From a virus (Duplodnaviria > Heunggongvirae > Uroviricota > Caudoviricetes), in IMG/VR virus record IMGVR_UViG_2657245439_000009: DNA of 14,757 nt; one strand, 5' to 3'. This document shows, in pieces, positions 1 to 7,599 of the stretch. Numbering within the stretch: position 1 is the first letter of the stretch; every line of letters begins with the position of its first letter. The translations under genes were made by a program, and so were the position numbers. The notes under the pieces were generated by a model that was given only the letters and a program-made list of their open reading frames with translations, did no database searches and was not told the DNA's origin.

Positions 1-1238
1 CTGACCTGCAAATGCTGAAACAGCCCCTGAACCTGTGTGGCATCTTTGGGGTCAAGAAAGGTCAGTCCGGTGATGAGCGCACCATCTGTACCCGGGAACC
101 AGCCATTGCTGTTTGTCTCAATAATGCTCGCCGGCCCCAGACGAAAACGGATTTGTGTCTCCCCCGGGTCGCCCTTCGGTCCCTGAGGTCCGGTTGCCCC
201 CACCGGGCCAGCCGCACCTGTTTCTCCTTTCGGTCCCTGTGGGCCTGCCGGGCCTGCCGCACCGGTATCTCCCTTTGGCCCCTGTGGACCTGCATTTCCC
301 GTCAGACCGGTCTCTCCCCGCTCTCCCCTGTCGCCTTTCGGCCCCTGCGGACCTGCCGGACCTGTATCTCCTCCCGGTCCCCGTTCGCCGGTTGCCCCGA
401 CAGGGCCGGTGTCGCCACGCTCTCCTTTATCTCCCTTCGGCCCCTGAGGCCCCGCGGGCCCCGGTTCCCCCTTTGGCCCGGGTGGCCCCACCACGGTGGG
501 GATTCGGTTTACGGCTTCTTCCGCCGCTATCCTGCTTTGTTCCGCTGACAGTGCGCTTTCTGCTGACTCCCGGGCTTTTTCTGTTGCGGTCGTTGCATCC
601 CTGGCTGCATTACCGGCTGCACTTTCTGCCATCTTTTTTGACAACTCAGCATCTGTTGCACTTTGTAATGACTCACTGGCTTTTTGAGCGGCCGCAGAGG
701 CCGAGGACGAGGACGCCTCCTCTGACTGCTTTGCAGCGGCTGCACTTTCTGCCGCCTGCCGGGCTGACTCCGATGCATCCCCTGCTGAAGTGTCAGCATT
801 TGCAGCGTTCTCTTCTGCCTGACTGGCTGATATGCCGGCATTCCTCGCTGATGTCTCCGCCTCTCCGGCATTCTTCTTCGCCTCCTCTGCGTTACGCGCC
901 GCTTCTTCCACCATCAGTTCAAAACGACGCAGTGCCTCCGGCCGGACGTCATCCTCCGACATGGCACCGAGAAAATCATTCAGCGTACCGGGTTGAGAAT
1001 CTTCATACACTGTGATTGTTCCGGCATGTGATGGCGGGAAGCCCTCCACCAACAGAATGACGCTGTACTGACCGTACTCAACGTCCATTGTGTAACGCCC
1101 GGCTTCATCCGGGTTTTCTGAAGCCACCGTGTTCACCACCACCGTGGCGCTGTTACGTCTGGCTTTCAGTTGAATGGTGCAGTTCTCTACCGGTTTTCCT
1201 GTGCCGTCTTTCAGTACACCTGAAATCTTTACTGCCAT
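1..1238 (-). CDS. stf: Side tail fiber protein, N-terminal part; the 3' end of the gene lies beyond the window start
   Basis: ATG at 1238-1236 preceded by GGGGTG. I translated this frame by hand to position 3 and found no stop; it is missing from the ORF track presumably because it has no in-window stop. N-terminus [38 protein letters not shown]... resembles lambda Stf, followed by an Ala/Ser/Glu-rich segment and a Gly-X-Y tract. Lies downstream of lom as in lambda. Confidence 0.85.
   Translation of the reverse strand, partial: MAVKISGVLKDGTGKPVENCTIQLKARRNSATVVVNTVASENPDEAGRYTMDVEYGQYSVILLVEGFPPSHAGTITVYEDSQPGTLNDFLGAMSEDDVRPEALRRFELMVEEAARNAEEAKKNAGEAETSARNAGISASQAEENAANADTSAGDASESARQAAESAAAAKQSEEASSSSASAAAQKASESLQSATDAELSKKMAESAAGNAARDATTATEKARESAESALSAEQSRIAAEEAVNRIPTVVGPPGPKGEPGPAGPQGPKGDKGERGDTGPVGATGERGPGGDTGPAGPQGPKGDRGERGETGLTGNAGPQGPKGDTGAAGPAGPQGPKGETGAAGPVGATGPQGPKGDPGETQIRFRLGPASIIETNSNGWFPGTDGALITGLTFLDPKDATQVQGLFQHLQV
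159..488 (-). repeat. Collagen-like Gly-X-Y repeat tract inside stf (37 uninterrupted triplets, e.g. GPQGPKGD units)
   Basis: Hand translation of the stf frame gives [30 protein letters not shown]...[12 protein letters not shown] with strict three-residue glycine periodicity. The tract is GC-rich and produces the Pro/Arg-rich shadow ORFs seen on the plus strand. Confidence 0.8.
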
Positions 1239-1248
1239 ATTCACCCCA

Positions 1249-1276
1249 CAAAAAAGCCCGCCTGAACCGGCGGGCT
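1249..1276 (-). terminator. Intrinsic terminator-like hairpin downstream of lom
   Basis: Inverted repeat agcccgcc / ggcgggct (1255-1262 and 1269-1276) with a 6-nt loop. On the minus strand the stem is followed by a T-run (plus-strand A-run 1250-1255). Sits between the lom stop (1303) and the stf start (1238). Confidence 0.6.
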
Positions 1277-1302
1277 GTCATAACACTGTGTTACCTGGCT
1301 AA

Positions 1303-1926
1303 TCAGAATTTATAGCCGACACCCACGATGAAGCCGTCAGTGCGCCAGTCGCCACTGCCGGAACCTTCATAAGCAAGGTCAATAACCACCGTCTCTACGG
1401 GACTGAACTGAATCCCGGCATTCCAGGCCGGCGACAGATGACGCGCAGTATGACCATCACTGGCGGTGGTGGTCTCCTTCACATACCCCGGTTTCACTTC
1501 ATCACGTCGGTAATCCTGAACACTGTCAGACCAGCGGGTGTACGCCATCCCGGCCATGCCATAGAGACTGACCCGCTCACTGAGCTGCCAGACAGGGCCG
1601 GCCATCAGACTGACATAACGACCGCGCAGGCTTTCATAATGGAAGGTATTTTCACCCGTCTTCATCGTGTCACTTTTCTTCACCGATGCATAACTCAGCG
1701 CGACAATGCCGCCCAGGTGATCCGTGAACTCATAACGGTATTTCACATTAATCCCTTTCAGATCGCCGGCCCTGATGCCGGTACCGGAAAGCCCCGGCGT
1801 ACCGTCCGGGTGCACCTGTGTGTACCCCACAGAAAATGCACCGTGTCCGGTTTTAGCTTGTGCAGGAAGGGAAATGCCTGTCAGCAGTGCGGTCCAGAAT
1901 AAAATGGCTCCGTATAAATGTCGCAT
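1303..1926 (-). CDS. lom: Lom outer membrane protein (Ail/Lom family)
   Basis: 207 codons. N-terminal signal-peptide-like segment (MRHLYGAILFWTALLTGISLPAQA). Body and C-terminus (..HYESLRGRYVS.., ..DLAYEGSGSGDWRTDGFIVGVGYKF) match lambda Lom as I recall it. GAGAGG RBS upstream. Position between J and stf as in lambda. Confidence 0.9.
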   Translation of the reverse strand: MRHLYGAILFWTALLTGISLPAQAKTGHGAFSVGYTQVHPDGTPGLSGTGIRAGDLKGINVKYRYEFTDHLGGIVALSYASVKKSDTMKTGENTFHYESLRGRYVSLMAGPVWQLSERVSLYGMAGMAYTRWSDSVQDYRRDEVKPGYVKETTTASDGHTARHLSPAWNAGIQFSPVETVVIDLAYEGSGSGDWRTDGFIVGVGYKF

Positions 1927-1950
1927 GATGACCTCTCGTTTTCAGTCAAT

Positions 1951-1974
1951 AAAAAAGGCACCTCCTGAGGTGCC
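1951..1974 (-). terminator. Intrinsic terminator-like hairpin between J and lom
   Basis: Stem ggcacct / aggtgcc (1957-1963 and 1968-1974) with a 4-nt loop. On the minus strand it is followed by TTTTTT (plus-strand A-run 1951-1956). Lies about 25 nt upstream of the lom ATG. Confidence 0.55.
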
Positions 1975-1993
1975 CGTCCGGGTTAATAAACCG

Positions 1994-4393
1994 TCAGCTG
2001 ATACTGATCCCTGCCGTGGATTTTTTCATGACCACAACCAGTAAATCACTGATGTACGTTGTCGGCGTCCAGTTGTTCGCACCGGCCGACGACACATTAA
2101 ACGTCAGGGTGACATGACCCCGCCCTGCCGGCATATCTATCACCGATGAGAACACCCGGCTGACATCCGTTGCCGGTTCATGGAAAATCTCAACCCCGTT
2201 CTTCAGCACCTGTAGCTTACAGGTGGAATACCAGTACGACTGCTGGGCGGGTTTTGCTGGCGCGTTAATCCGGAAGGTGGTGGTGGCCGGTTCGCCCTGC
2301 TGGCCATAACTGTTAATTGCCCTGACTGTCAGGGTGTATTCCCCGAGCGGCAGACCACTGAAACGATGCTCTGTATCCGCAGTGATGGCGGTGGTCACCA
2401 GACGGCTGTCTTCTCCGCTTCCGTTGGTCAGGCGCAGACTGAAGCGCACACCCTTCACCACCCGCGGCGTGTCCCATTTCGCCTGTGCCAGATACTGACC
2501 GTCAGCCGCGCTCACCTCCACCGTCAGGTGCTGCACAGCCGGCGGGATGACGCTGTTCAGCGAACCGGACAGTGGCTCAAAGCTGGCCCCGTTATCCACA
2601 ATGGCTTCTTTTTCCGGTACGTGCTGCACCGCCGTGATGGCAAAGGTGCCGTCCGTGTTTTCCCGGATGGAGACACAGCGGAACAGGCGACGACGCAGTG
2701 ACGGCAGGGAGAGTCCCCATACACCGTATGTCTCCACACCATCAGGCAGGGTGCTGACCTGTATCCGGTCCGGCGCGGGGTGTGCAGTGATGGCCACGCT
2801 CACCGGCTTACCGCTGCCGTTAATCAGGTTCACCGTGGCGGCACCTGTCTCCGGCAGGGTCACCTCACGGTCCAGTGTCAGGGTGCGGCTGGCGGCATCG
2901 ATGGACAGGATACGTCCGCCGGTCATGGTCCCGGCATAGTCGTTATCACAGATTTCAATAATGTCACCGGGTGTGTGACGCAGCCCCTGTGACCCGAGCG
3001 TGAAATCCACCGTCTGCGTTTCCAGCAGTCCGGTCTTTATCACCCACAGTCCGGCACGGTGGGCCTGACCGCGACTGGTGCAACCGAACGCATCCATCTT
3101 CAGCAGGTTGCGCCCGTAGCGCAGTATGGCTTCCGGGTCTTCCACCAGTTCCGTGGAGGTCTGCCAGCCGTTCTGCGGGTCGGTGTAATTCACCTCCACC
3201 GCCGTGTGGCGGTCCTTCAGGGCACTGAAGCTGTAGCGGAACCCCACGCCGTTATCATCCACCACCACATCACTGTTGGTGTACGGCCACACCACATCCG
3301 ACGGGCGGTCCTGAACGAACGTCAGCGTCTGGCCGTTCCATACCGGCATACAGCGCATCGCCGAGCAGAAATCACTGAGAACGTCCCACGCCTTACGCTG
3401 TTGTGACAGGTACGCATTAAAGGTCATCCGCGGCTCTGTGCCCCCGAAACCATCCGGCACCGTCTGGTCGCAGTACTGCCCGATGGCATACAGCGCCCAT
3501 TTGTCCACGTCTGCCGCCACCAGACGTTTTCCCATGCCGTAGCGCGGGTGAGTCAGCATGTCCCACAGGCACCAGGCCGGGTTGTTGCTGTATGCCGGTT
3601 TCAGGCTGCCGTCCCAGATGCCGCTGTACGTGCGTTTTTCCGGGTCATAGTTTGACGGTACCTGGATGATGCGACCGCGGATATGGTAGTTCACCGTCAT
3701 CTGCTGACCGCCAAACTGCTCCGCATCCACCTGCAGCCCCACAATCGCCGTGTTCGGGTAGCACTGTTTCACATCGATGATTTCGGTGTATGACGACCAG
3801 AGCGTCTTATTCTGCAGCTGGTCCGAGGTGCTGTCCGCTGTCTCCCGGACCATCCGGATGTTAAAGGGCCGCTCAGGCAGATTCTCCAGAATCACCGACG
3901 CCAGGTACTGTGAGGTGGTCTTGCCGTTAATGGTGACATCCTTTTCCGTCACCCAGTTACCGTTACGCTGCAACTGAATCAGCAGTCGGACAGAAGAGGG
4001 ATTACGGTCGCCCTTTGAGGTGGTCTCCAACAGTGACTGCACCCCGAAGGTGACCCGCAGGCGGTCAATGTTCGCGGATGTAATGGTGCGCGTTACCGGC
4101 TTTGCCTTCGTCACTTCCACGCCCAGTCCGGTTTCAGCTCCGGAGGACTCAAAGCCTTCCGGTGGTGTCTGCTCCTGCTCCCCGGCGCGCCAGACCGCGG
4201 TCACACCGTGTATCACAGGATTGCCGTCCGTGTCCGTCAGCGGGGTTTTGTTCACCAGGATACTCTGCAGCCCCTTCACCGGGCCTTCTATCGGTCCCTC
4301 ACCAATCGCATCAATCACACTCATCATCTGCGTGGATTTGAGATTATCCTTCGCCTCTCGAGGCGTGTGCGCCCTGCCGCCACCTTTGCCCAT
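1994..4393 (-). CDS. J: Tail tip / host specificity protein J (central tail fiber), unusually short at 799 aa
   Basis: ATG at 4393 with GAGAGGA RBS. N-terminus [22 protein letters not shown]... and the long following region track lambda gpJ. C-terminus (..[15 protein letters not shown]...) resembles the extreme C-terminus of lambda gpJ. Length is well short of lambda gpJ (about 1130 aa, from memory). Confidence 0.9.
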   Translation of the reverse strand: MGKGGGRAHTPREAKDNLKSTQMMSVIDAIGEGPIEGPVKGLQSILVNKTPLTDTDGNPVIHGVTAVWRAGEQEQTPPEGFESSGAETGLGVEVTKAKPVTRTITSANIDRLRVTFGVQSLLETTSKGDRNPSSVRLLIQLQRNGNWVTEKDVTINGKTTSQYLASVILENLPERPFNIRMVRETADSTSDQLQNKTLWSSYTEIIDVKQCYPNTAIVGLQVDAEQFGGQQMTVNYHIRGRIIQVPSNYDPEKRTYSGIWDGSLKPAYSNNPAWCLWDMLTHPRYGMGKRLVAADVDKWALYAIGQYCDQTVPDGFGGTEPRMTFNAYLSQQRKAWDVLSDFCSAMRCMPVWNGQTLTFVQDRPSDVVWPYTNSDVVVDDNGVGFRYSFSALKDRHTAVEVNYTDPQNGWQTSTELVEDPEAILRYGRNLLKMDAFGCTSRGQAHRAGLWVIKTGLLETQTVDFTLGSQGLRHTPGDIIEICDNDYAGTMTGGRILSIDAASRTLTLDREVTLPETGAATVNLINGSGKPVSVAITAHPAPDRIQVSTLPDGVETYGVWGLSLPSLRRRLFRCVSIRENTDGTFAITAVQHVPEKEAIVDNGASFEPLSGSLNSVIPPAVQHLTVEVSAADGQYLAQAKWDTPRVVKGVRFSLRLTNGSGEDSRLVTTAITADTEHRFSGLPLGEYTLTVRAINSYGQQGEPATTTFRINAPAKPAQQSYWYSTCKLQVLKNGVEIFHEPATDVSRVFSSVIDMPAGRGHVTLTFNVSSAGANNWTPTTYISDLLVVVMKKSTAGISIS

Positions 4394-4526
4394 AATGTTC
4401 CTCTCAATTGGTATTATTAATCGCAGTGATAGGATATTGCACAGCTATTGCGCGATATCATCAGAACGCTGTTTGTTACCCTGTAACCAGCAAGCTCAGT
4501 CTGTTAACGGAATTAATGAGGGTTTT

Positions 4527-5054
4527 ATGAAATGTAAAATCATTGCTGCCATTGCCATGCTGACAGCAGCATCATGCGGATACGCAGCAGAACAGGAAGT
4601 CCCAATGAACCTTGTCAGTGCTGACGGAAAAGAAGTCAGCATTGGAAAAATAACCATTCAGGAGACCCCCTACGGTCTGCTGTTCACACCAGCCCTTCAC
4701 TCTCTGTCTGAAGGCATTCATGGTTTTCATGTGCACGAAAAAGGAAATTGCGCCCCGGCACTGAAAGACGGAAAACCGGTCGCAGCATTATCGGCTGGCG
4801 GTCACTTTGACCCGAAAAACACCGGCAAACATCTTGGCCCCTGGTCTCCGGATGGACACCTGGGCGACCTCCCTGCGCTGTTCGTGACGCATGACGGAAA
4901 AGCGAACTACCCGGTCCTGGCCCCGAGACTGAACTCATTAAAAGAGATTAAAGGGCGTTCTCTCATGCTTCATGCTGGCGGTGATAACCATCATGACCAT
5001 CCGGAGCCCCTGGGCGGTGGTGGTGCGAGAATGGCCTGCGGCATCATTCAATAA
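4527..5054 (+). CDS. sodC: Periplasmic Cu,Zn superoxide dismutase (prophage moron)
   Basis: ATG at 4527 with GAGGG upstream; 175 aa. N-terminal signal peptide ([20 protein letters not shown]). Cu/Zn SOD signature segments are visible: [64 protein letters not shown]. Opposite strand to all flanking phage genes. The longer ORF 4020-5054 in the track is an upstream extension antisense to J and is not credible. Confidence 0.9.
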   Translation: MKCKIIAAIAMLTAASCGYAAEQEVPMNLVSADGKEVSIGKITIQETPYGLLFTPALHSLSEGIHGFHVHEKGNCAPALKDGKPVAALSAGGHFDPKNTGKHLGPWSPDGHLGDLPALFVTHDGKANYPVLAPRLNSLKEIKGRSLMLHAGGDNHHDHPEPLGGGGARMACGIIQ

Positions 5055-5060
5055 TCAGTC

Positions 5061-5090
5061 AGGTAAGGGGCGGGCCCCTTACCTTTATTC
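5061..5090 (+). terminator. Rho-independent terminator of sodC
   Basis: Perfect 10-bp stem aggtaagggg / ccccttacct with loop cggg, followed by tttatt, starting 7 nt after the sodC stop. No T-run on the minus-strand side, so it is unidirectional. Confidence 0.7.
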
Positions 5091-5201
5091 CTCAGGACGA
5101 TAAATCCTTTCTCCCTGAAAAGAACGGCACATCCTCCCTCTCTGAGTTAATGTTTTTGTCGTGACATAAGAATAATTCCTTACACTCAATCTTCGTAACG
5201 C

Positions 5202-5239
5202 TCCCGCAGTTCCTGTCCGTGAGCACTGCGGGATTTTTT
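5202..5239 (+). terminator. Second plus-strand terminator-like hairpin followed by T6
   Basis: Stem tcccgcagt / actgcggga (5202-5210 and 5225-5233) with a 14-nt loop, followed by tttttt (5234-5239). Abuts the stop codon of I (5245-5247) from the other side. The transcript it would terminate is not identified. Confidence 0.45.
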
Positions 5240-5244
5240 CGCTT

Positions 5245-5925
5245 TTATGCCTGCCGCCCGATAACCACGACCTTTCCGCCCCCGCCTTCATCACGGGTAC
5301 TGATGTCCTGGGATATACGGCGGGAGCCAACCAGCATTTCACCGTAAGGCACCGGCATCGGGTTCCCCTGGGCAATCATGTTATCCAGCGAGGAAAAGTA
5401 CGTGTTCTGTCTGCCGTTATCCGTGCTTTTGTACTCCGGTACTTTAGCCTTCGGGGCCAGCATCTGAGCCACACCACCCAGAATCATGCTGGCCCCCAGT
5501 GAAAACAGCATCGTGGTGGCAGAAAAACCACCGGCTGCCAGGGCTGAACCCCATAACGCCATTGATGCCCCGGCAGTGAAGAAAGAGCCCACGATGGCTG
5601 CCGCCCCCAGCACAATCTGCAGTCCACCCTTTCCGGCCCCGGCCAGTCGCGGCACAATGTGGATGACCGTTCCCTCACCCAGCTGTTCGTGAAGACGGGC
5701 GTACACCGCCTCCGGTGCCGTGTCCTCACCGCGAATACGTATCTGGTACCAGCCTTCGTTCATCTGACGGCGGAATCCCGGCATCTGCATCGACAGGGCA
5801 CGGATGGCTTCCGCTGCCGTGTTCACATACAGGCTGAGGCGGCGGCCAAATCGTTGTAAATCCCCGTGAAGGCAGATACGTGCCAGTGGCGGTGACGCCA
5901 GGCTGAATGCGTTCGTCGTTGCCAT
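5245..5925 (-). CDS. I: Tail assembly protein I
   Basis: 226 codons. MATTNAFSLASPPLARICLHGDLQRFGRR... plus a hydrophobic Gly/Ala-rich C-terminal half, matching lambda gpI organisation and size. Start overlaps the 3' end of K in another frame, as in lambda. Confidence 0.9.
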   Translation of the reverse strand: MATTNAFSLASPPLARICLHGDLQRFGRRLSLYVNTAAEAIRALSMQMPGFRRQMNEGWYQIRIRGEDTAPEAVYARLHEQLGEGTVIHIVPRLAGAGKGGLQIVLGAAAIVGSFFTAGASMALWGSALAAGGFSATTMLFSLGASMILGGVAQMLAPKAKVPEYKSTDNGRQNTYFSSLDNMIAQGNPMPVPYGEMLVGSRRISQDISTRDEGGGGKVVVIGRQA

Positions 5926-6566
5926 TTTTCGGAATACCTCTCCCGTTTACTCAGTTGTTCAGGCAGATGGTGAAGCAGTTCACCGTTGCCGCAGTAAATG
6001 GCGGCATGATTGGCCACCGATGCGCCAAAGCAGCACAGCAGGATATCGCCCGCCTGTGCAGAGGACAGGGGCACCCGGTAAAAGCCGGTGACCGCCATAT
6101 TGTCCAGGTAAAGGTTCTGACCGTTGCGCCACCAGTCATCCTCACGCTCAAAATCCGGCATATCAATTCCCGCCAGATGGTAGGCATCCCGGAACAGCGT
6201 GTAACAGTCCGTCACCCCGTGCTCAAAGCGCCGTCCTGTCAGATGTGGCACGCAGCGGAATTTATGAATTTCCCCCCGGCAGACCAGCCACCAGGACAGT
6301 GCACTTTTTATCTGCAGCCGCCGGTCGGCCTCGCTCAGCCAGGGCAGACCACCGGGATGACTGTGGACCAGTGCCACAATCTCCCCCTGCATCTCTGCCC
6401 GCAGCCAGTCTTCCGGTGCAATACGAAAATACGCCTCCGGCTCTGCAGAGATATTCACACAAGGGATATACCGCTCCCCCTCCGGCGTTCTCACCACGAA
6501 GCCGCACGACTCCGCAGGCACACACCGCCGGGCATGCGCCAGAATCGCTGATTCTGTCTGTGTCAT
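5823..6566 (-). CDS. K: Tail tip assembly protein K (MPN/JAMM plus NlpC/P60-like domains)
   Basis: JAMM motif HSHPGGLPWLSEAD (HxH-x7-S-x2-D) and NlpC/P60-like Cys/His (..GVTDCYTLF.., ..NHAAIY..). The longest ORF starts at ATG 6566 immediately after the L stop with no strong SD; the true start could be an internal Met. Confidence 0.85.
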   Translation of the reverse strand: MTQTESAILAHARRCVPAESCGFVVRTPEGERYIPCVNISAEPEAYFRIAPEDWLRAEMQGEIVALVHSHPGGLPWLSEADRRLQIKSALSWWLVCRGEIHKFRCVPHLTGRRFEHGVTDCYTLFRDAYHLAGIDMPDFEREDDWWRNGQNLYLDNMAVTGFYRVPLSSAQAGDILLCCFGASVANHAAIYCGNGELLHHLPEQLSKRERYSEKWQRRTHSAWRHRHWHVSAFTGIYNDLAAASACM

Positions 6567-6571
6567 TGGAT

Positions 6572-7270
6572 TTACTGCGAAAGTTTGTTAATGGAAAGGA
6601 AACCGCCAAAATTAGCCACCATGCCGCGCATCTCACACCCGCGCATGCACTTGCTGCATCTGTCCTTACGGATATCGGTGGTGGGTTTATCGAACTCATC
6701 CGCCACCGCAGGACCGTTATACCCGCATTCATCTCCCCGGTAATCCCACATACAGGTGTTCGCCAGCATGATGCGACCGGGAAACAGCGCTCCGTCCGTC
6801 TCCGTCGGTGTTGCCAGCACAAACGAGGCTGTCATGGCCGTCAGCTCTGACATCTGCTCCACCACCCAGCGGTCGCTCAGCTCCTGCTCCGGGTCCGCTT
6901 CCGGATTGCCCGCCACAAAATTCACCGCATCCAGAAAACGGGCATACACCCGGCGGCGGACCACCGTGGCCCCCACCAGGCTCTGCAGGTCCTCCGCCAT
7001 TCCGGTGACCAGACCGAACAGATTCGACACCGTCAGCGACGGGCGGGCACTGCTGCCCTTCCCGTTCATCTCAAAGCCACTGCCGTCAATCGGGTATGCC
7101 TGATATTGCCGCCCCTGCCAGGTAACCGCCTCCCCTTTTTCATTCAGCTCATTGCAGAAAAAATACCGCTCACCACCCTGTACCGTCAGGTCGATTTCCC
7201 AGAGTACCACCCGCGGTGACTGCTCTGATTTAACCGACTCGTTCAGACTTTCTTCGTGAATATCCTGCAT
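6572..7270 (-). CDS. L: Tail tip protein L
   Basis: 232 codons, the same length as lambda gpL. C-terminal cysteine cluster (..DECGYNG.., ..CSKCMRGCEMRG..) consistent with the Fe-S-binding region of gpL. Start overlaps the M stop (ATGA). Confidence 0.9.
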   Translation of the reverse strand: MQDIHEESLNESVKSEQSPRVVLWEIDLTVQGGERYFFCNELNEKGEAVTWQGRQYQAYPIDGSGFEMNGKGSSARPSLTVSNLFGLVTGMAEDLQSLVGATVVRRRVYARFLDAVNFVAGNPEADPEQELSDRWVVEQMSELTAMTASFVLATPTETDGALFPGRIMLANTCMWDYRGDECGYNGPAVADEFDKPTTDIRKDRCSKCMRGCEMRGMVANFGGFLSINKLSQ

Positions 7271-7599
7271 CAGTTCACCACCTGCTTAAACTCCGCGCTG
7301 AATTCAACCCGCAGCATGCGAACCCGTGATGACCAGGCGGCACAGGTCACCTTTATCTGCCGCCAGGCATAAGGCGGTGTCCACAGAAACGCCTTCCAGC
7401 CACCGTACTCTGCCAGGAATGCCTCCAGATGTCGGGCCTCCTCCCGGGTCACGGAAAGCGTCACACGGTATGTTTTCAGGTCAGCATTCAGCCCCGCCGC
7501 CATACGCTGCGAATACCCGTCACCAAAACGCACTTCACGCACCGATGGCTGCGAGTTCACCTCCATATCCGGCTTCACTTTCCAGCGAAATGTTTTCAT
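7270..7599 (-). CDS. M: Tail tip protein M
   Basis: 109 codons, the same length as lambda gpM. Position between H and L. Start overlaps the H stop. Confidence 0.9.
   Translation of the reverse strand: MKTFRWKVKPDMEVNSQPSVREVRFGDGYSQRMAAGLNADLKTYRVTLSVTREEARHLEAFLAEYGGWKAFLWTPPYAWRQIKVTCAAWSSRVRMLRVEFSAEFKQVVN

Noticed and set aside
62-871. Minus-strand ORFs 62-295 and 527-871
   Set aside because: They are in a different frame from the continuous stf reading frame that starts at 1238 with an RBS and lambda-Stf-like N-terminus. Their products are Arg/Gln-rich and low-complexity.
12-1015. Plus-strand ORFs 12-548 and 155-1015 encoding Pro/Arg/Leu-rich proteins
   Set aside because: They are antisense shadow frames of the GC-rich stf gene, especially its collagen-like Gly-X-Y tract. 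They have low-complexity composition, no RBS and no similarity to anything I recognise.
4020-4526. Upstream extension of the sodC ORF (track ORF 4020-5054, 344 aa)
   Set aside because: The extension is antisense to the 5' end of J and is Ser/Pro/Arg-rich. The SodC homology, signal peptide and RBS all begin at the ATG at 4527.
5085-5375. 96-aa minus-strand ORF overlapping the 3' end of I and the sodC terminator region
   Set aside because: It overlaps gene I in another frame and spans two terminator hairpins. Its ATG at 5375 lies inside I with no RBS that I could see.
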